Shown here: in pieces, positions 54,417 to 64,000 of the stretch
Position numbering within the stretch: position 1 is the first letter of the stretch
Layout: each line of letters opens with the position of its first letter
Assembly (NCBI GenBank): GCA_963668315.1
Contig: OY764216.1
Span: 1,888,001-1,952,000 of the forward strand
DNA: 64,000 nt
DNA from: Spirochaetia bacterium
GTDB lineage: Bacteria; Spirochaetota; Spirochaetia; DSM-2461
Direction: 5' to 3'
Position numbers and translations under genes: made by a program
Notes under the pieces: model-generated
The model's input: only the letters and a program-made list of their open reading frames with translations
Database searches by the model: none
Told to the model about the DNA's origin: nothing

Positions 54417-55172
54417 TTAATCCACTTTGAGCAGTATGGGACAGTGATCGCTTCCCATGACATCCTGATGAATCAGAGAATCGGTTACACGGGGCGCCAG
54501 GCTGTCGTTAACACAGAAATAATCGATTCTCCATCCCACATTTCTTACCCGGGCGTTCATCCGGTAGGACCACCAGGTATATTGATCCGGTTCGGGATGA
54601 TGCAGCCGGAAAGTATCGGTGAAGCCGGAATTCAGAAATTGCTCCATCCAGTCTCTCTCTTCCGGCAGGTAGCCGGGGTTTTTCTCGTTACTTTTGGGAT
54701 TGGCCAGATCAATGGGCTTATGGGCGACATTGAAATCCCCGCAGATGACCACGTTTTCTCCTTTCTCCACAAGGCTTGACGCCTTTTCCTGAACCGCCTG
54801 ATTAAAGGCCAGTTTGTAGTCAAGCCTGGCGCCGGCCGCCTGGGAATTGGGAAAGTAGCAATTGAACAGAGTGATGTCGCCGAATTTCTGGATAAGGGTA
54901 CGTCCCTCTCTGTCAAAGTCCTTTTCCTCCAGCAGGCCTGAGTAATCCGGTTCCCGCCTCGAATAGGTGACCGTTCCGCTGTACCCCTTCTTTTCGGCAG
55001 AAGCCCAGGATACATGCCAGCCGGGGGGGGTAAATGTGTCATCCAGCTGTTCAGGCTGAGCTTTTGTCTCCTGTATACAGACAATATCCGCACCGCTTCC
55101 TTCCAGCCAGTTAAAAAAACCTTTTTTCTCTACGGCTCTGATGCCGTTGACATTCCAAGATATAATATTCAT
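54417..55172 (-). CDS. xth: Exodeoxyribonuclease III / AP endonuclease
   Basis: ISWNVNGIRA, CIQETK, GDFNVAH, YTWWSYR, GWRIDY, GSDHCP. Confidence 0.95.
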   Translation of the reverse strand: MNIISWNVNGIRAVEKKGFFNWLEGSGADIVCIQETKAQPEQLDDTFTPPGWHVSWASAEKKGYSGTVTYSRREPDYSGLLEEKDFDREGRTLIQKFGDITLFNCYFPNSQAAGARLDYKLAFNQAVQEKASSLVEKGENVVICGDFNVAHKPIDLANPKSNEKNPGYLPEERDWMEQFLNSGFTDTFRLHHPEPDQYTWWSYRMNARVRNVGWRIDYFCVNDSLAPRVTDSLIHQDVMGSDHCPILLKVD

Positions 55173-55224
55173 TTGCCAATCCTTAATTATGACGGCCATT
55201 CTTCATAGGGAGAATGGCCGTTTT

Positions 55225-56214
55225 CTACGGAAGAATCCCGTTCTTCCCGAGATAGTCCTCCAGTTCAGAATGAAGATGATCTCTCTCCTCTTTACTCACC
55301 AGAGCTGCCTCAAAACCGTTTTTTACCAGATCTATAATTTCCCTGTCGGAAATCCCCATCTTCTCCTGTATCAGATGATATTCCTCTTCAAGGGTACTGC
55401 CGAAGATCAGAGGGTCGTCTCTGCTTATGGTACAGCGAACCCCTGAACGAATCAGCTTTTTCAGGGGATGTTCTTCAAGGGAGGGGGCTACCCCCAGTTT
55501 GACATTGCTGACGGGACAAACATCCAGGGTCACACCCTTAGCGGCCAGAAACCGGAGTGTTTCTTCATCCTCTACAGCCCGTACTCCATGTTCTATCCTG
55601 CTGACCTGTAATGTCTCTACTACAGATCGGATAAAATCCGGTCCCATAAACTCGCCCGCATGACACTTCGTGAATTTTCCTGCTTCACCGGCCTTGCTGA
55701 ACAGGTCAGCCGCCCAGCTGCCCAGAGTTTCCGTTTCGTCGCCGTGTATATCAAACCCGTCAAGATTGGGACAGCTAAGTCCCTCTTTGATGGAAGACGC
55801 AAACGAGTCGTATCCCGAGTGGTGTATGCCCAGAAACAGACGGACGGTCATATCACGGGGGACGGTAGATTTCACAGCTGCGCAGACTTCATAAAGGTCC
55901 AGTCCGGCGAATTCCAGGCAGCCGGAGGCGATACTGGTCTCAAGATAGCGGACACCCTGCTCGCGGGCATCGTCGAAAACTGCTTTCGCTGCAGTATGGT
56001 ATCGTTCCACCGAATTGAACCAGACTCCCGCCAGGGAAAGCAGTTCCCTGTCAAAGTCGCTGAATGATTTGAACCGGTAATTTCTCTTCCAGAAGGGAGG
56101 CAGTTCGGCATATTTTTCCGGATCGATTCCCCGAAGAAGAGAATAGGGGAGAGAGCCTTCCAGATGAAGGTGAAATTCCCCTTTGGGTATCTCTTTTAGC
56201 TGTTCTCTTGTCAT
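55225..56214 (-). CDS. Adenosine deaminase family protein
   Basis: PK.E.HLHLEGS, HAGE, RIEHGV, CPVSN, DDP. Confidence 0.9.
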   Translation of the reverse strand: MTREQLKEIPKGEFHLHLEGSLPYSLLRGIDPEKYAELPPFWKRNYRFKSFSDFDRELLSLAGVWFNSVERYHTAAKAVFDDAREQGVRYLETSIASGCLEFAGLDLYEVCAAVKSTVPRDMTVRLFLGIHHSGYDSFASSIKEGLSCPNLDGFDIHGDETETLGSWAADLFSKAGEAGKFTKCHAGEFMGPDFIRSVVETLQVSRIEHGVRAVEDEETLRFLAAKGVTLDVCPVSNVKLGVAPSLEEHPLKKLIRSGVRCTISRDDPLIFGSTLEEEYHLIQEKMGISDREIIDLVKNGFEAALVSKEERDHLHSELEDYLGKNGILP

Positions 56215-56276
56215 GTCTTTAATAATAGTTTAAGGTTGTCAATCAGACAAGGGGTGACAGGAACCCGGGAGGCATT

Positions 56277-57011
56277 ATGGACTATATTTCCGGTTTTCAC
56301 GGTATTGAGGAACTTCTCCGGTCAGGGACCGCCGGGGTTCTGTACGTCAGCAGGAAAAGCGCCCGCTCAGAAGAGCTTATCAAGCTCTGCCGGGAGAAGG
56401 GGCTTTCCATAAAGCATGTGAAAAAAGACTTTCTGGATAAGAAATGCGGTAAGGAGAAACACCGCGGGTTCGCCTTTCTGCCCGAGGGAAAACAAGTCGA
56501 GGCGAATACTCTTAAAAATCGATTTGATTCGGTAGACTCATTCCTTAAAACCGTGAAGGGTAAGACAAATCCCCTGGTACTTGTTCTTGACGGTATCACC
56601 GATCCCCATAACCTGGGGGCCATTCTCCGTTCGGCCGATCAATTTGCTGTCGACCTTGTGGTCATTCCCACCCGCCGTTCCGCCGGTGAAAGCGACACGG
56701 TCGCCCGTACTTCGGCCGGTGCGCTCCAGTGGGTTCCCCTTCTGCAGGTGAATAACCTGAAGCGTACCCTGGAAGAACTAAAATCCGGCGGCTTCTGGAT
56801 CTACGGAGCCGATATGGGAGGAAAAGCAGCCCGAGAGACCGATCTGACCGGTCCCACTGTCATTGTCATGGGAAGCGAGGGCTCCGGTCTCTCCCGCCTG
56901 GTCAGTGAAGCCTGCGACGGGATTATCTCCATACCCATGTCCGGCCATGTGGATTCCCTGAATGTTTCGGTGGCTACGGGGATTCTTCTTTATGAGGCAC
57001 GCCGGGGTTAA
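56277..57011 (+). CDS. rlmB: 23S rRNA (guanosine2251-2'-O)-methyltransferase
   Basis: LDGITDPHNLGAILRSA, GSEGSG, IPM.G.VDSLNVSVA. Confidence 0.9.
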   Translation: MDYISGFHGIEELLRSGTAGVLYVSRKSARSEELIKLCREKGLSIKHVKKDFLDKKCGKEKHRGFAFLPEGKQVEANTLKNRFDSVDSFLKTVKGKTNPLVLVLDGITDPHNLGAILRSADQFAVDLVVIPTRRSAGESDTVARTSAGALQWVPLLQVNNLKRTLEELKSGGFWIYGADMGGKAARETDLTGPTVIVMGSEGSGLSRLVSEACDGIISIPMSGHVDSLNVSVATGILLYEARRG

Positions 57012-57876
57012 GGGCCGAGAAGATCAGACCCGCTACGATAATCACGCTGGCAATAAGAAAATTTCTCTGGGGCACTTCTCCGAAGAAAAGAAAGCCCATG
57101 ATTCCCGCATAGAGAAACTGGGATGTGTTGAAAAGGGAGACGAGCTGTCCTCTCATTTTGCTCATGGCCCAGTTCATGATGGAGTGTCCGCCTATCGTGC
57201 ATACGATTCCCAGGGCGAAGACGGCTATAATGTCGCTGCGGGTTAATGGCGCGGTAAAGGGATTGGTCATTGTAAAGGAAAAGAGGAAGCAGAAAATTCC
57301 CCCCGCCAGATACAGGGGAAAGAGATAGGTCCACAATCCCTTCATAAATCTTTTTGATAGGACAAGATATGTCGCCAGGGTAATCATGGAGAAAAGGCAG
57401 GCGATATCGCCGCGGAAAAAGGTCCTGTCCAGGTTCAGATCATTGTGGACCAGAAAGAAACTGCCGAAAAGGACCAGCAGGCTTCCCAGTGCTTCCCGTT
57501 TTCCCAGCCGTTCTCCCGCCATTATGAGAAGCAGAAGGGGAGTGACCGCCGGCGTGAGATTGACGATGAGTGTGGAGTGGGCGCTGGGAATCATCCGGGC
57601 GCCGGTAATCCAGGTAATAAAGTGGACCGACAGGAGAATTCCGGGGATACAGGGCATCAGAAGATCTCTTGCCGTATAAGGCTCGGAGGCTCTTTTCAGT
57701 TCTCTGAGGAAGAAAGGGAAAAGGAAAAAAGCCGCCGCCAGGAGCCGATAGCTGGCAAGGAGTACGGGATCCAGGGTGGAGCTTTTAATGAAATAAACCG
57801 AACTGACTCCCAGGATTTCCCCGGCAGACAGGATCAGCAGGCGTAGGGGAGTCGCTCCCGTGTCTTTGGAATTCAT
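56974..57876 (-). CDS. DMT/EamA family transporter
   Basis: About 10 hydrophobic helices, GE motifs, GD; start set at MNSKDT. Confidence 0.85.
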   Translation of the reverse strand: MNSKDTGATPLRLLILSAGEILGVSSVYFIKSSTLDPVLLASYRLLAAAFFLFPFFLRELKRASEPYTARDLLMPCIPGILLSVHFITWITGARMIPSAHSTLIVNLTPAVTPLLLLIMAGERLGKREALGSLLVLFGSFFLVHNDLNLDRTFFRGDIACLFSMITLATYLVLSKRFMKGLWTYLFPLYLAGGIFCFLFSFTMTNPFTAPLTRSDIIAVFALGIVCTIGGHSIMNWAMSKMRGQLVSLFNTSQFLYAGIMGFLFFGEVPQRNFLIASVIIVAGLIFSALNPGVPHKEESP

Positions 57877-57919
57877 GAAAGGCATTGTAAAAGATTCTGT
57901 AAAATAATACAATTTCCCC

Positions 57920-58660
57920 ATGGTAATTTACTATCTGGGAACCCTTATATTTTGGATTTTCTTCGTCCTTACCATGGTGCTGAACTTTTTCCTCTCCCTT
58001 GTTCTCTGGATATTTACCCGGCCCTTTGACAAGAAAGGAGTCATTCTTCACTATTTCGCCTGTTTCTGGGCATCCCTCTATACCTGGTTCAATCCTTTTC
58101 TCAAGCTTACCATTGTGGGGCGGGAAAAGCTGGAGAGGGGAAAGACTTACGTCATCTGTTCCAACCATCGCTCCGTCATGGATATCGTTATTCTCTACAG
58201 GCTATTCTTTCATTATAAATGGGTTTCAAAGAAGGAGATTTTTCAGGTTCCCTTTCTGGGGTGGAACATGTATCTCAACCGCTATGTCTATCTGGACAGG
58301 AATAAACTATCCAGTCAGAGGCAGATGCTTAAGGACTGTGAAGATCATCTCTCCCGGGGGAGTTCCCTGATTATCTTCCCCGAGGGTACCCGCTCTCCCG
58401 ACGGTAAAAGGGTGGGGAAATTCCGGGACGGGGCATTTCTGCTGGCAAAGAAAATGCAGTGTGATGTACTGCCCGTAGCCGTAAGCGGCACGGAGGACGT
58501 CTTTACCAGAGATATCATCTACCGGAGGAAATATCCCATGAAGATAACCCTTCTCGATCCCATCCCCTGGAACAGGGGTGGAGACAATATCAAGGAGCTG
58601 GCCAGGGAGACACGGGAACGTATTGTGGAAACTCTGGAACGGGAAGAGGGAAAAGCTTAA
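57920..58660 (+). CDS. plsC: 1-acyl-sn-glycerol-3-phosphate acyltransferase
   Basis: NHRSVMD (HxxxxD), IFPEGTRS. Confidence 0.88.
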   Translation: MVIYYLGTLIFWIFFVLTMVLNFFLSLVLWIFTRPFDKKGVILHYFACFWASLYTWFNPFLKLTIVGREKLERGKTYVICSNHRSVMDIVILYRLFFHYKWVSKKEIFQVPFLGWNMYLNRYVYLDRNKLSSQRQMLKDCEDHLSRGSSLIIFPEGTRSPDGKRVGKFRDGAFLLAKKMQCDVLPVAVSGTEDVFTRDIIYRRKYPMKITLLDPIPWNRGGDNIKELARETRERIVETLEREEGKA

Positions 58661-60285
58661 TACCCGTCGGACATGGCGCGGTTAAGATCTTTTTTATTCA
58701 GCTCGCTGTACACAAACCCGCGCAGTTTCAGATTGTTTTTGATCTCCTGCGGGAAGGGAATGTAGCGCCAGAATATTTCGCGCACGTCCTTGTTTAATTT
58801 CTGCATCGCTTCGCTCTCCTTGGTTATCCAGAGAAAGTAATCGTCCTGAAACCGGGCTTTCACATCGCCCTTCATCTTGGCGCTGGTAAACCACTGATAG
58901 TAGAAACCGGTCAGCCCTTCCTCCATCCAGTAGTGGGAGGACTTCTCCTTGGCCACTTCCCAGCGGAGGGCGGCGAGAGCGTAAATAACGGCGATTTTAA
59001 GATCCTTGGGAAACATGGGAATCACGATTCTGCCCCGGCTGGTGCTGCGGTTGAACTTTTCAAAGGGTTCCCAGCAGATTCCCCGGTCACCGAAGCAGGG
59101 AATGATGATCGTATGGGGCACAATCCTGTTGCTCTGCTGGCGAAAAACCCGGCGGAAAATGCCCGGATCCAGTTTTTCGACTTCTGCCATGATGGTGAGA
59201 ATATTCTCTTTGGTTCCCACCTGGTTAAGATCGGAGTAGAAGTAATTTTTCATAAGAAAGGGAAAGTGATTCCCCTGCCGGCCCACGCATAGCTTATGGG
59301 CCTGGCGAAGGCTGTCCACTTCCGCCGCCAGGGCGCTGGAATTCACGACCAAGCTCTCTCCCATTCCGTCGAGCTTGCGTTTCAACACTTCCAGATCCTT
59401 GGACGATTCGTTGAGCTTCTGATAATTCTGGCTGATCTCCCTGTCCAGTTTGCTCAGATCGCGCAGAACCTCGAGCATCTGGTTGAGGTAGTTCTTCTGA
59501 ACCTCCGTATAGGGCGTCTCAAGCTCCGTGAAAATGGAATGGGTTCTATGTTCAAGCAGCTGCTTTACCCGTCCCTCGAGGGTCTGTTCCTTCTGCCGGC
59601 GCTGGGTCTGCAGTTTCTGTATGAACATGACATTGGTGGAGTGGGAGCCCTTGGCTTTTTCGAACTGATTCTTAACCTTCTGGGCCGAGGTCTGCTTGGA
59701 AATCTGTATTTCATCGGTGGCCAGGGGATTTACCTCTCCCGTACCAACTTTATAGAGCCATTCATCCTGATAATGGAGAGGCTCGCTTATCTTGCTGTCC
59801 ATAATGATTCTTGACAGCATATCCCGCTGTTCGGGAGAGGTGGTCGTGGGAATAAGGGCCCCGTATCTCAGGGTCAGCTTTTTGGGAAGTTTCAGATCGG
59901 AGCCCACTTTCCTGGAAAGGGACTTAAGGTATTCCCAGTAGTTGGTCATCAGCCTCATTCGGAAGGTTGTTTTATCCTGAGGATCGGCAGCCTTGAGAAA
60001 GGCGGCGATATTCCTGTGGAGCAGTTCAGCCGCTTCCCCTTCGCCCGCCAGGGCAATTTTATAGTAATTGGGATTGTAGAAATATTTCTGAGGGGGCTGT
60101 TCGAAAATTTTCACCTCTTCGAACTCATCTTTCATGATGGTCGGGTCATCGGGCATGGAGTTGGCAATGGAATTTTCACCCATCAGTGAGTTGAAGTCAG
60201 GAACGTCCGAGGAAGGGGTTAGACTGTCGTCTAGAAGACTTGCTATATCGGGATCCAATTCTTGAGAAAAATCATCTGAAACCAT
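58657..60285 (-). CDS. Hypothetical cytoplasmic protein with central coiled coil
   Basis: Long ORF, acidic N-terminus, heptad-rich middle, aromatic-rich C-terminal domain. Confidence 0.75.
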   Translation of the reverse strand: MVSDDFSQELDPDIASLLDDSLTPSSDVPDFNSLMGENSIANSMPDDPTIMKDEFEEVKIFEQPPQKYFYNPNYYKIALAGEGEAAELLHRNIAAFLKAADPQDKTTFRMRLMTNYWEYLKSLSRKVGSDLKLPKKLTLRYGALIPTTTSPEQRDMLSRIIMDSKISEPLHYQDEWLYKVGTGEVNPLATDEIQISKQTSAQKVKNQFEKAKGSHSTNVMFIQKLQTQRRQKEQTLEGRVKQLLEHRTHSIFTELETPYTEVQKNYLNQMLEVLRDLSKLDREISQNYQKLNESSKDLEVLKRKLDGMGESLVVNSSALAAEVDSLRQAHKLCVGRQGNHFPFLMKNYFYSDLNQVGTKENILTIMAEVEKLDPGIFRRVFRQQSNRIVPHTIIIPCFGDRGICWEPFEKFNRSTSRGRIVIPMFPKDLKIAVIYALAALRWEVAKEKSSHYWMEEGLTGFYYQWFTSAKMKGDVKARFQDDYFLWITKESEAMQKLNKDVREIFWRYIPFPQEIKNNLKLRGFVYSELNKKDLNRAMSDGY

Positions 60286-60410
60286 ATCTCCAGTATAATT
60301 ATTATATGAAGAGAGTCAAGAATGGTCTCGGGGAGTGGAGAAAAGGATAAAAAGTATTTGCTTTTTTATAGGGAAAAAGGTAATAATAAGATCAGATAAA
60401 GGAGTGCGAT

Positions 60411-60680
60411 ATGGAATCGTCCATTTTTTATGTAACTATCAGAGAGAAGTACGAGGAAAGTCTCAAAGAGTTTTTTCCCTATTTGGCTCCGGAATATAAA
60501 AACATCGCCCGTAATTTTACCAAAGGAAAAAAATATCCCGTTCTCTCCGTGGAAAGTATCACACTGGTGGGAGAGGACGATACTAATGTGGATTCGGCCC
60601 GTTTTCTTGTCCCCACGGAGAACGGTAATTTTCTATGGGTCCTATCTGAGATTTTCGTATTCGCCGGAACGGAGAAATGA
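60411..60680 (+). CDS. Small hypothetical protein
   Basis: AAGGAG RBS; stop overlaps nnr start (ATGA). Confidence 0.7.
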   Translation: MESSIFYVTIREKYEESLKEFFPYLAPEYKNIARNFTKGKKYPVLSVESITLVGEDDTNVDSARFLVPTENGNFLWVLSEIFVFAGTEK

Positions 60681-62230
60681 AAATCCTGTCTCCCTCCCGG
60701 ATGAGACATCTGGAAGGGGAGGCGGAACAACAGGGGTTACCTTCCTCTATTCTTATGGAACGGGCGGCGCAGGCCGTATTCCAGCTTATCCGTAAAGATT
60801 ATCCCTCACTCTCCGGGCCTGTGCTGATTGTTTGCGGCAGAGGCAACAACGGGGGGGACGGGCTTGCTCTGGCCACTCTGCTCAATCCCCATGGACAGGT
60901 ATGTCTTGCCCTGGGGGAACCGGAAGAGGGTTCTCTCGGAGCTTTCCATCTTGCCCGCTGCCGTGAAATGGGTATAACCGTAGAAGGACCAGAATGGTTT
61001 CTGGCACAGAAAAGCGAGGATTACTCCCTCATTGTCGATGCCCTTCTGGGTACGGGACTGAACCGGCCTGTATCGGGAACCACAGGGCGGATTATAGATA
61101 AAATCAACCGTTCGGGAAAGCCTGTTGTCAGTGTTGATATTCCCTCGGGAGTCAACGGGTTGAACGGACGGATCGAAGGTACGGCGGTCAGAGCGGATAA
61201 AACGGTTACCTTCGGCCTCCCCAAGGGGGGGAATCTTCTGTATCCCGGGTTCGGTCGGGGAGGAGACCTCAATCTTTCCTCCCTGGATATATCCCCGGAG
61301 TTAAGGGAAAAAGAGACTTCTCTCTTCCGTATAAACGAGCCTGAGGCCCTGCCGGCAAGAGAGCCGTCCGGACATAAAAGTACCTGGGGCTCTCTTCTCT
61401 TTGTCGGCGGTTCATCCCGTTACGGGGGGGCGCCTCTGTTTGCTTCCTCCGCCTTTCTGAAAAGCGGAGGCGGATTCGTAAATCTTGTGATTCCCGAAAG
61501 TCTCTCCCTTCCCATGATGATCGGACTCCCCGAAGCCGTCCAGCATCCCATGCCCGCCCTGAGAGGGCCCTTTCTGGGGATGGGTCATCTGGAGGAAATC
61601 CAGGAGATGGCCTCGGGAAAGCGTATCCTCCTTCTCGGGCCGGGAATGGGGCTTGAAGAGGAAACCGGCGAACTGGTGCGGGAACTCGTTCGCACCTCAT
61701 CGATACCTGTCATCGTCGACGGAGACGGATTAACCCATCTGGCCGGTCACGAAGAGCTGGCCCGGCAGCAACGTCTCTATATGACGCCCCATCCCGGGGA
61801 GGCCGCCCGGCTTCTGAAGACAGGTCCCGCCGATATCGAATCCGACCGCCCGGGCGCGGTAAGGGAACTGGCCGAGAGATACGGAGCTACTGTCGTTCTG
61901 AAGGGGGCCCATTCCCTTATCGCCGCTCCCGGGGAGGATATCCGAATGAACCTTACCGGGGATACGTCCCTGGCTACGGCCGGCTCGGGCGATATCCTCG
62001 GCGGCATCTTGGGAGCCATGCTCGGAATGGGGCTGATGGGCGGCGATGCCCTCGGAACGGCTGTGTTTCTTCACGGTCTTGCCGGAGAAGAGGCGGGAAC
62101 ACGTCTGGGGCAGGATAGCGTGCTTGCTTCGGATATTCTGGATGCCCTTCCCTCGGCCGTCAGAAATTACCGTTCCGATTTCAGCCGCTACCGAAGCGGA
62201 TTGAACGGGCGCATAGGCATCATTCCGTGA
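60677..62230 (+). CDS. nnr: Bifunctional NAD(P)H-hydrate epimerase/dehydratase
   Basis: LMERA, GRGNNGGDG, VDIPSG; GPGMG, TPHPGE, LKG, ATAGSGD. Confidence 0.93.
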   Translation: MKILSPSRMRHLEGEAEQQGLPSSILMERAAQAVFQLIRKDYPSLSGPVLIVCGRGNNGGDGLALATLLNPHGQVCLALGEPEEGSLGAFHLARCREMGITVEGPEWFLAQKSEDYSLIVDALLGTGLNRPVSGTTGRIIDKINRSGKPVVSVDIPSGVNGLNGRIEGTAVRADKTVTFGLPKGGNLLYPGFGRGGDLNLSSLDISPELREKETSLFRINEPEALPAREPSGHKSTWGSLLFVGGSSRYGGAPLFASSAFLKSGGGFVNLVIPESLSLPMMIGLPEAVQHPMPALRGPFLGMGHLEEIQEMASGKRILLLGPGMGLEEETGELVRELVRTSSIPVIVDGDGLTHLAGHEELARQQRLYMTPHPGEAARLLKTGPADIESDRPGAVRELAERYGATVVLKGAHSLIAAPGEDIRMNLTGDTSLATAGSGDILGGILGAMLGMGLMGGDALGTAVFLHGLAGEEAGTRLGQDSVLASDILDALPSAVRNYRSDFSRYRSGLNGRIGIIP

Positions 62231-62859
62231 ATCCCTACATCCTCTATGAAGACAGGGATATCCTTATCGCGGATAAACCGGGAGGACTGCTGTCCGTTCC
62301 GGGCCGGGGGCCGGAGAAACAGGACTGCCTTGTCAGACGGCTGATGGAAGATTATCCGGAACTCCTTGTGATTCACCGGCTGGACCAGGGGACATCGGGG
62401 CTGATGGTCTTTGGCCGCAACCGGGAAGCCCAAAGATCATTGGGCCGTTCTTTTGAGGATAGGGTAATCCGAAAAGAGTATGAAGCCCTTCTTCTGGGCA
62501 CTCTTCCATCCGAACAGGGCAGGGCCGAATTTTTCCAGCGGCTGGACGTCGAAAACCGTCCTTATCAGATTCTTGATGAGGAAAGGGGAAAGAAAGGTAT
62601 TACCGAGTGGAGGGTCAAAGACGTATTTGAGCGGGGAGACCGCTCCGTGAGCCGGGTGCGCTTTTTTCCATTGACCGGGAGAACCCATCAGCTGCGTCTG
62701 CATTCCCGGGAACTGGGAGCACCCATCGGGGGAGATCCTCTCTACGGATACGGAGAAGACGCTCAGTTCCCCCGGCTTATGCTTCATGCGGCTTTACTGG
62801 CCTTTCCCCATCCACGGACGGGGTATGACTTCTGCATCCGCCTGTCCGTCCCCTTCTGA
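62227..62859 (+). CDS. RluA-family pseudouridine synthase
   Basis: KPGGLLSVPG, HRLDQGTSG, TGRTHQLRLH, GDPLYG, LHA. Confidence 0.92.
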   Translation: MNPYILYEDRDILIADKPGGLLSVPGRGPEKQDCLVRRLMEDYPELLVIHRLDQGTSGLMVFGRNREAQRSLGRSFEDRVIRKEYEALLLGTLPSEQGRAEFFQRLDVENRPYQILDEERGKKGITEWRVKDVFERGDRSVSRVRFFPLTGRTHQLRLHSRELGAPIGGDPLYGYGEDAQFPRLMLHAALLAFPHPRTGYDFCIRLSVPF

Positions 62860-62862
62860 CTT

Positions 62863-63999
62863 CTATCTGTCCAGCCGACCCAGCAGTTTGACCAGCTGCG
62901 ATTTATCGATAAGGTCGATAAGACGGGCTTCTACGAAGTTTGTCGATTCCGTGCTGAATGATCCGGGGCTCAGGTAGAATCCACGCCCGGCATGGACCTC
63001 CTTCATCCTGGCGTACAGTTCTCTGACGCTCAGTTCCCCCAGATGTCCTTCCGTCCTGCCGAAGCGAAAGAGAATCACATCTTCCCATTTGCGGGCCCGG
63101 ACCTCGGTCAGCATATCCACATAGTTGTTCTGGGCGACTTTGATATCCATTACCTTTATTTTTGCATCGGGAATGATGATGTTGGTCAGCTGGCGGCACA
63201 GGGTGTTGAAATCGCTTATGGACGCCCTCAAGTAAAGGCGAAGTTTCTTATTGCGGTTCAGTTCGGTATACTGTTTGATAAGGTTGTCCGCGTCCTTATA
63301 GCCCGGATTCAGGGACGAAAGGGTATTAAGGGATTCCAATGCGCTGGTCAGATCTCCCATATGGTTGAAGGCATTGGCCTGGCGATAGAGAAGTTCCTGA
63401 TGTATGGCAGGCTGGATCGTCTCATGGCGCAGTCCGATTCCGTAATCGGTGGCGGCCTTCGGGTGCTCGTTTCTTTTCTGATATATCGTCCCGGCGTAAA
63501 GAGCCGAATTCGGTCCCCAGAGAGGGTCGGCTCGCAGATGGGTGTAAAATTTCAGGGCCAGATCATGCTGATTGAGTTCGTAATAACAGCAGGCCAGGGC
63601 AAAGACGGCTTCCTTATCCTCCGGATGGCTGGTAATTCGCTGTTTAAGATAGGACTGGGCTTCCCTGTATTTTTTCAGTTTGAAAAGAGCCTGTCCGTAA
63701 TATTTGAGCGACTCTTCATGATCGGGCTGAACGGCTATCGCCCTTTTGAGAAACAGCATGGATTTTTCATAGGCCTTGCGAAGATATTCCAGTTTCCCCA
63801 GGGAGGCGTTAATCTCAAAGCGGTCGGGATGTTTCTCCCGGGCGAATGCCAGGGCTTTATAGGCTTCCTTATATGATTTGCAGTGCATGCATGAAAGCCC
63901 GTAGTTCAGGTTGATTTCAAAATCGTCCAGGCTGGAATCCAGGGCGGCCGAATCTAAAAGAAGCCTGTATGTTTTCATGGCTTTGTCGTAATTACCCAT
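62863..63999 (-). CDS. TPR protein with C-terminal Mrr-like (restriction-endonuclease-fold) domain; 5' end probably outside the window
   Basis: Multiple TPRs; S.SDF..LC, GE..VREL, G.F...S..F.EAR.IDLID. Confidence 0.7.
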   Translation of the reverse strand: MGNYDKAMKTYRLLLDSAALDSSLDDFEINLNYGLSCMHCKSYKEAYKALAFAREKHPDRFEINASLGKLEYLRKAYEKSMLFLKRAIAVQPDHEESLKYYGQALFKLKKYREAQSYLKQRITSHPEDKEAVFALACCYYELNQHDLALKFYTHLRADPLWGPNSALYAGTIYQKRNEHPKAATDYGIGLRHETIQPAIHQELLYRQANAFNHMGDLTSALESLNTLSSLNPGYKDADNLIKQYTELNRNKKLRLYLRASISDFNTLCRQLTNIIIPDAKIKVMDIKVAQNNYVDMLTEVRARKWEDVILFRFGRTEGHLGELSVRELYARMKEVHAGRGFYLSPGSFSTESTNFVEARLIDLIDKSQLVKLLGRLDR

Positions 64000-64000
64000 A

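Overview
A gene-dense core-chromosome segment, most likely from an anaerobic free-living spirochaete (Spirochaetales). This rests on the 16S signature GGCAGCAGCTAAGAATCTTCCGCAAT and an 'FAGGGNE'-type signal peptide. It holds about 46 CDSs and one complete rrn operon (16S, tRNA-Ile(GAT), 23S, 5S) with tandem sigma70 promoters. Main blocks: trehalose synthesis (OtsAB fusion); an IscU/NifU-like plus GGGtGRT two-gene operon; signalling genes (3 chemoreceptor-domain proteins, a hybrid kinase, an HD-GYP protein); a WYL regulator with its probable target and operator; a nitrogen cluster (aapJQMP-like, lysE-family, amtB-glnK, orphan HEPN-like gene) with three sigma54 -24/-12 sites; a sugar ABC transporter; a MoxR-DUF58-transglutaminase-TPR-Bpt/ATE-ArfB operon with a T9 frameshift; a Na+-pumping oxaloacetate decarboxylase (oadGAB); and housekeeping genes. 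No transposase, integrase, prophage or true CRISPR array was seen. Non-obvious signals are a structured ~80-nt element present twice with covarying hairpins, a 37-bp tandem repeat upstream of rrn, and frequent apparently leaderless genes. All product calls come from motif recognition by eye, not database searches.
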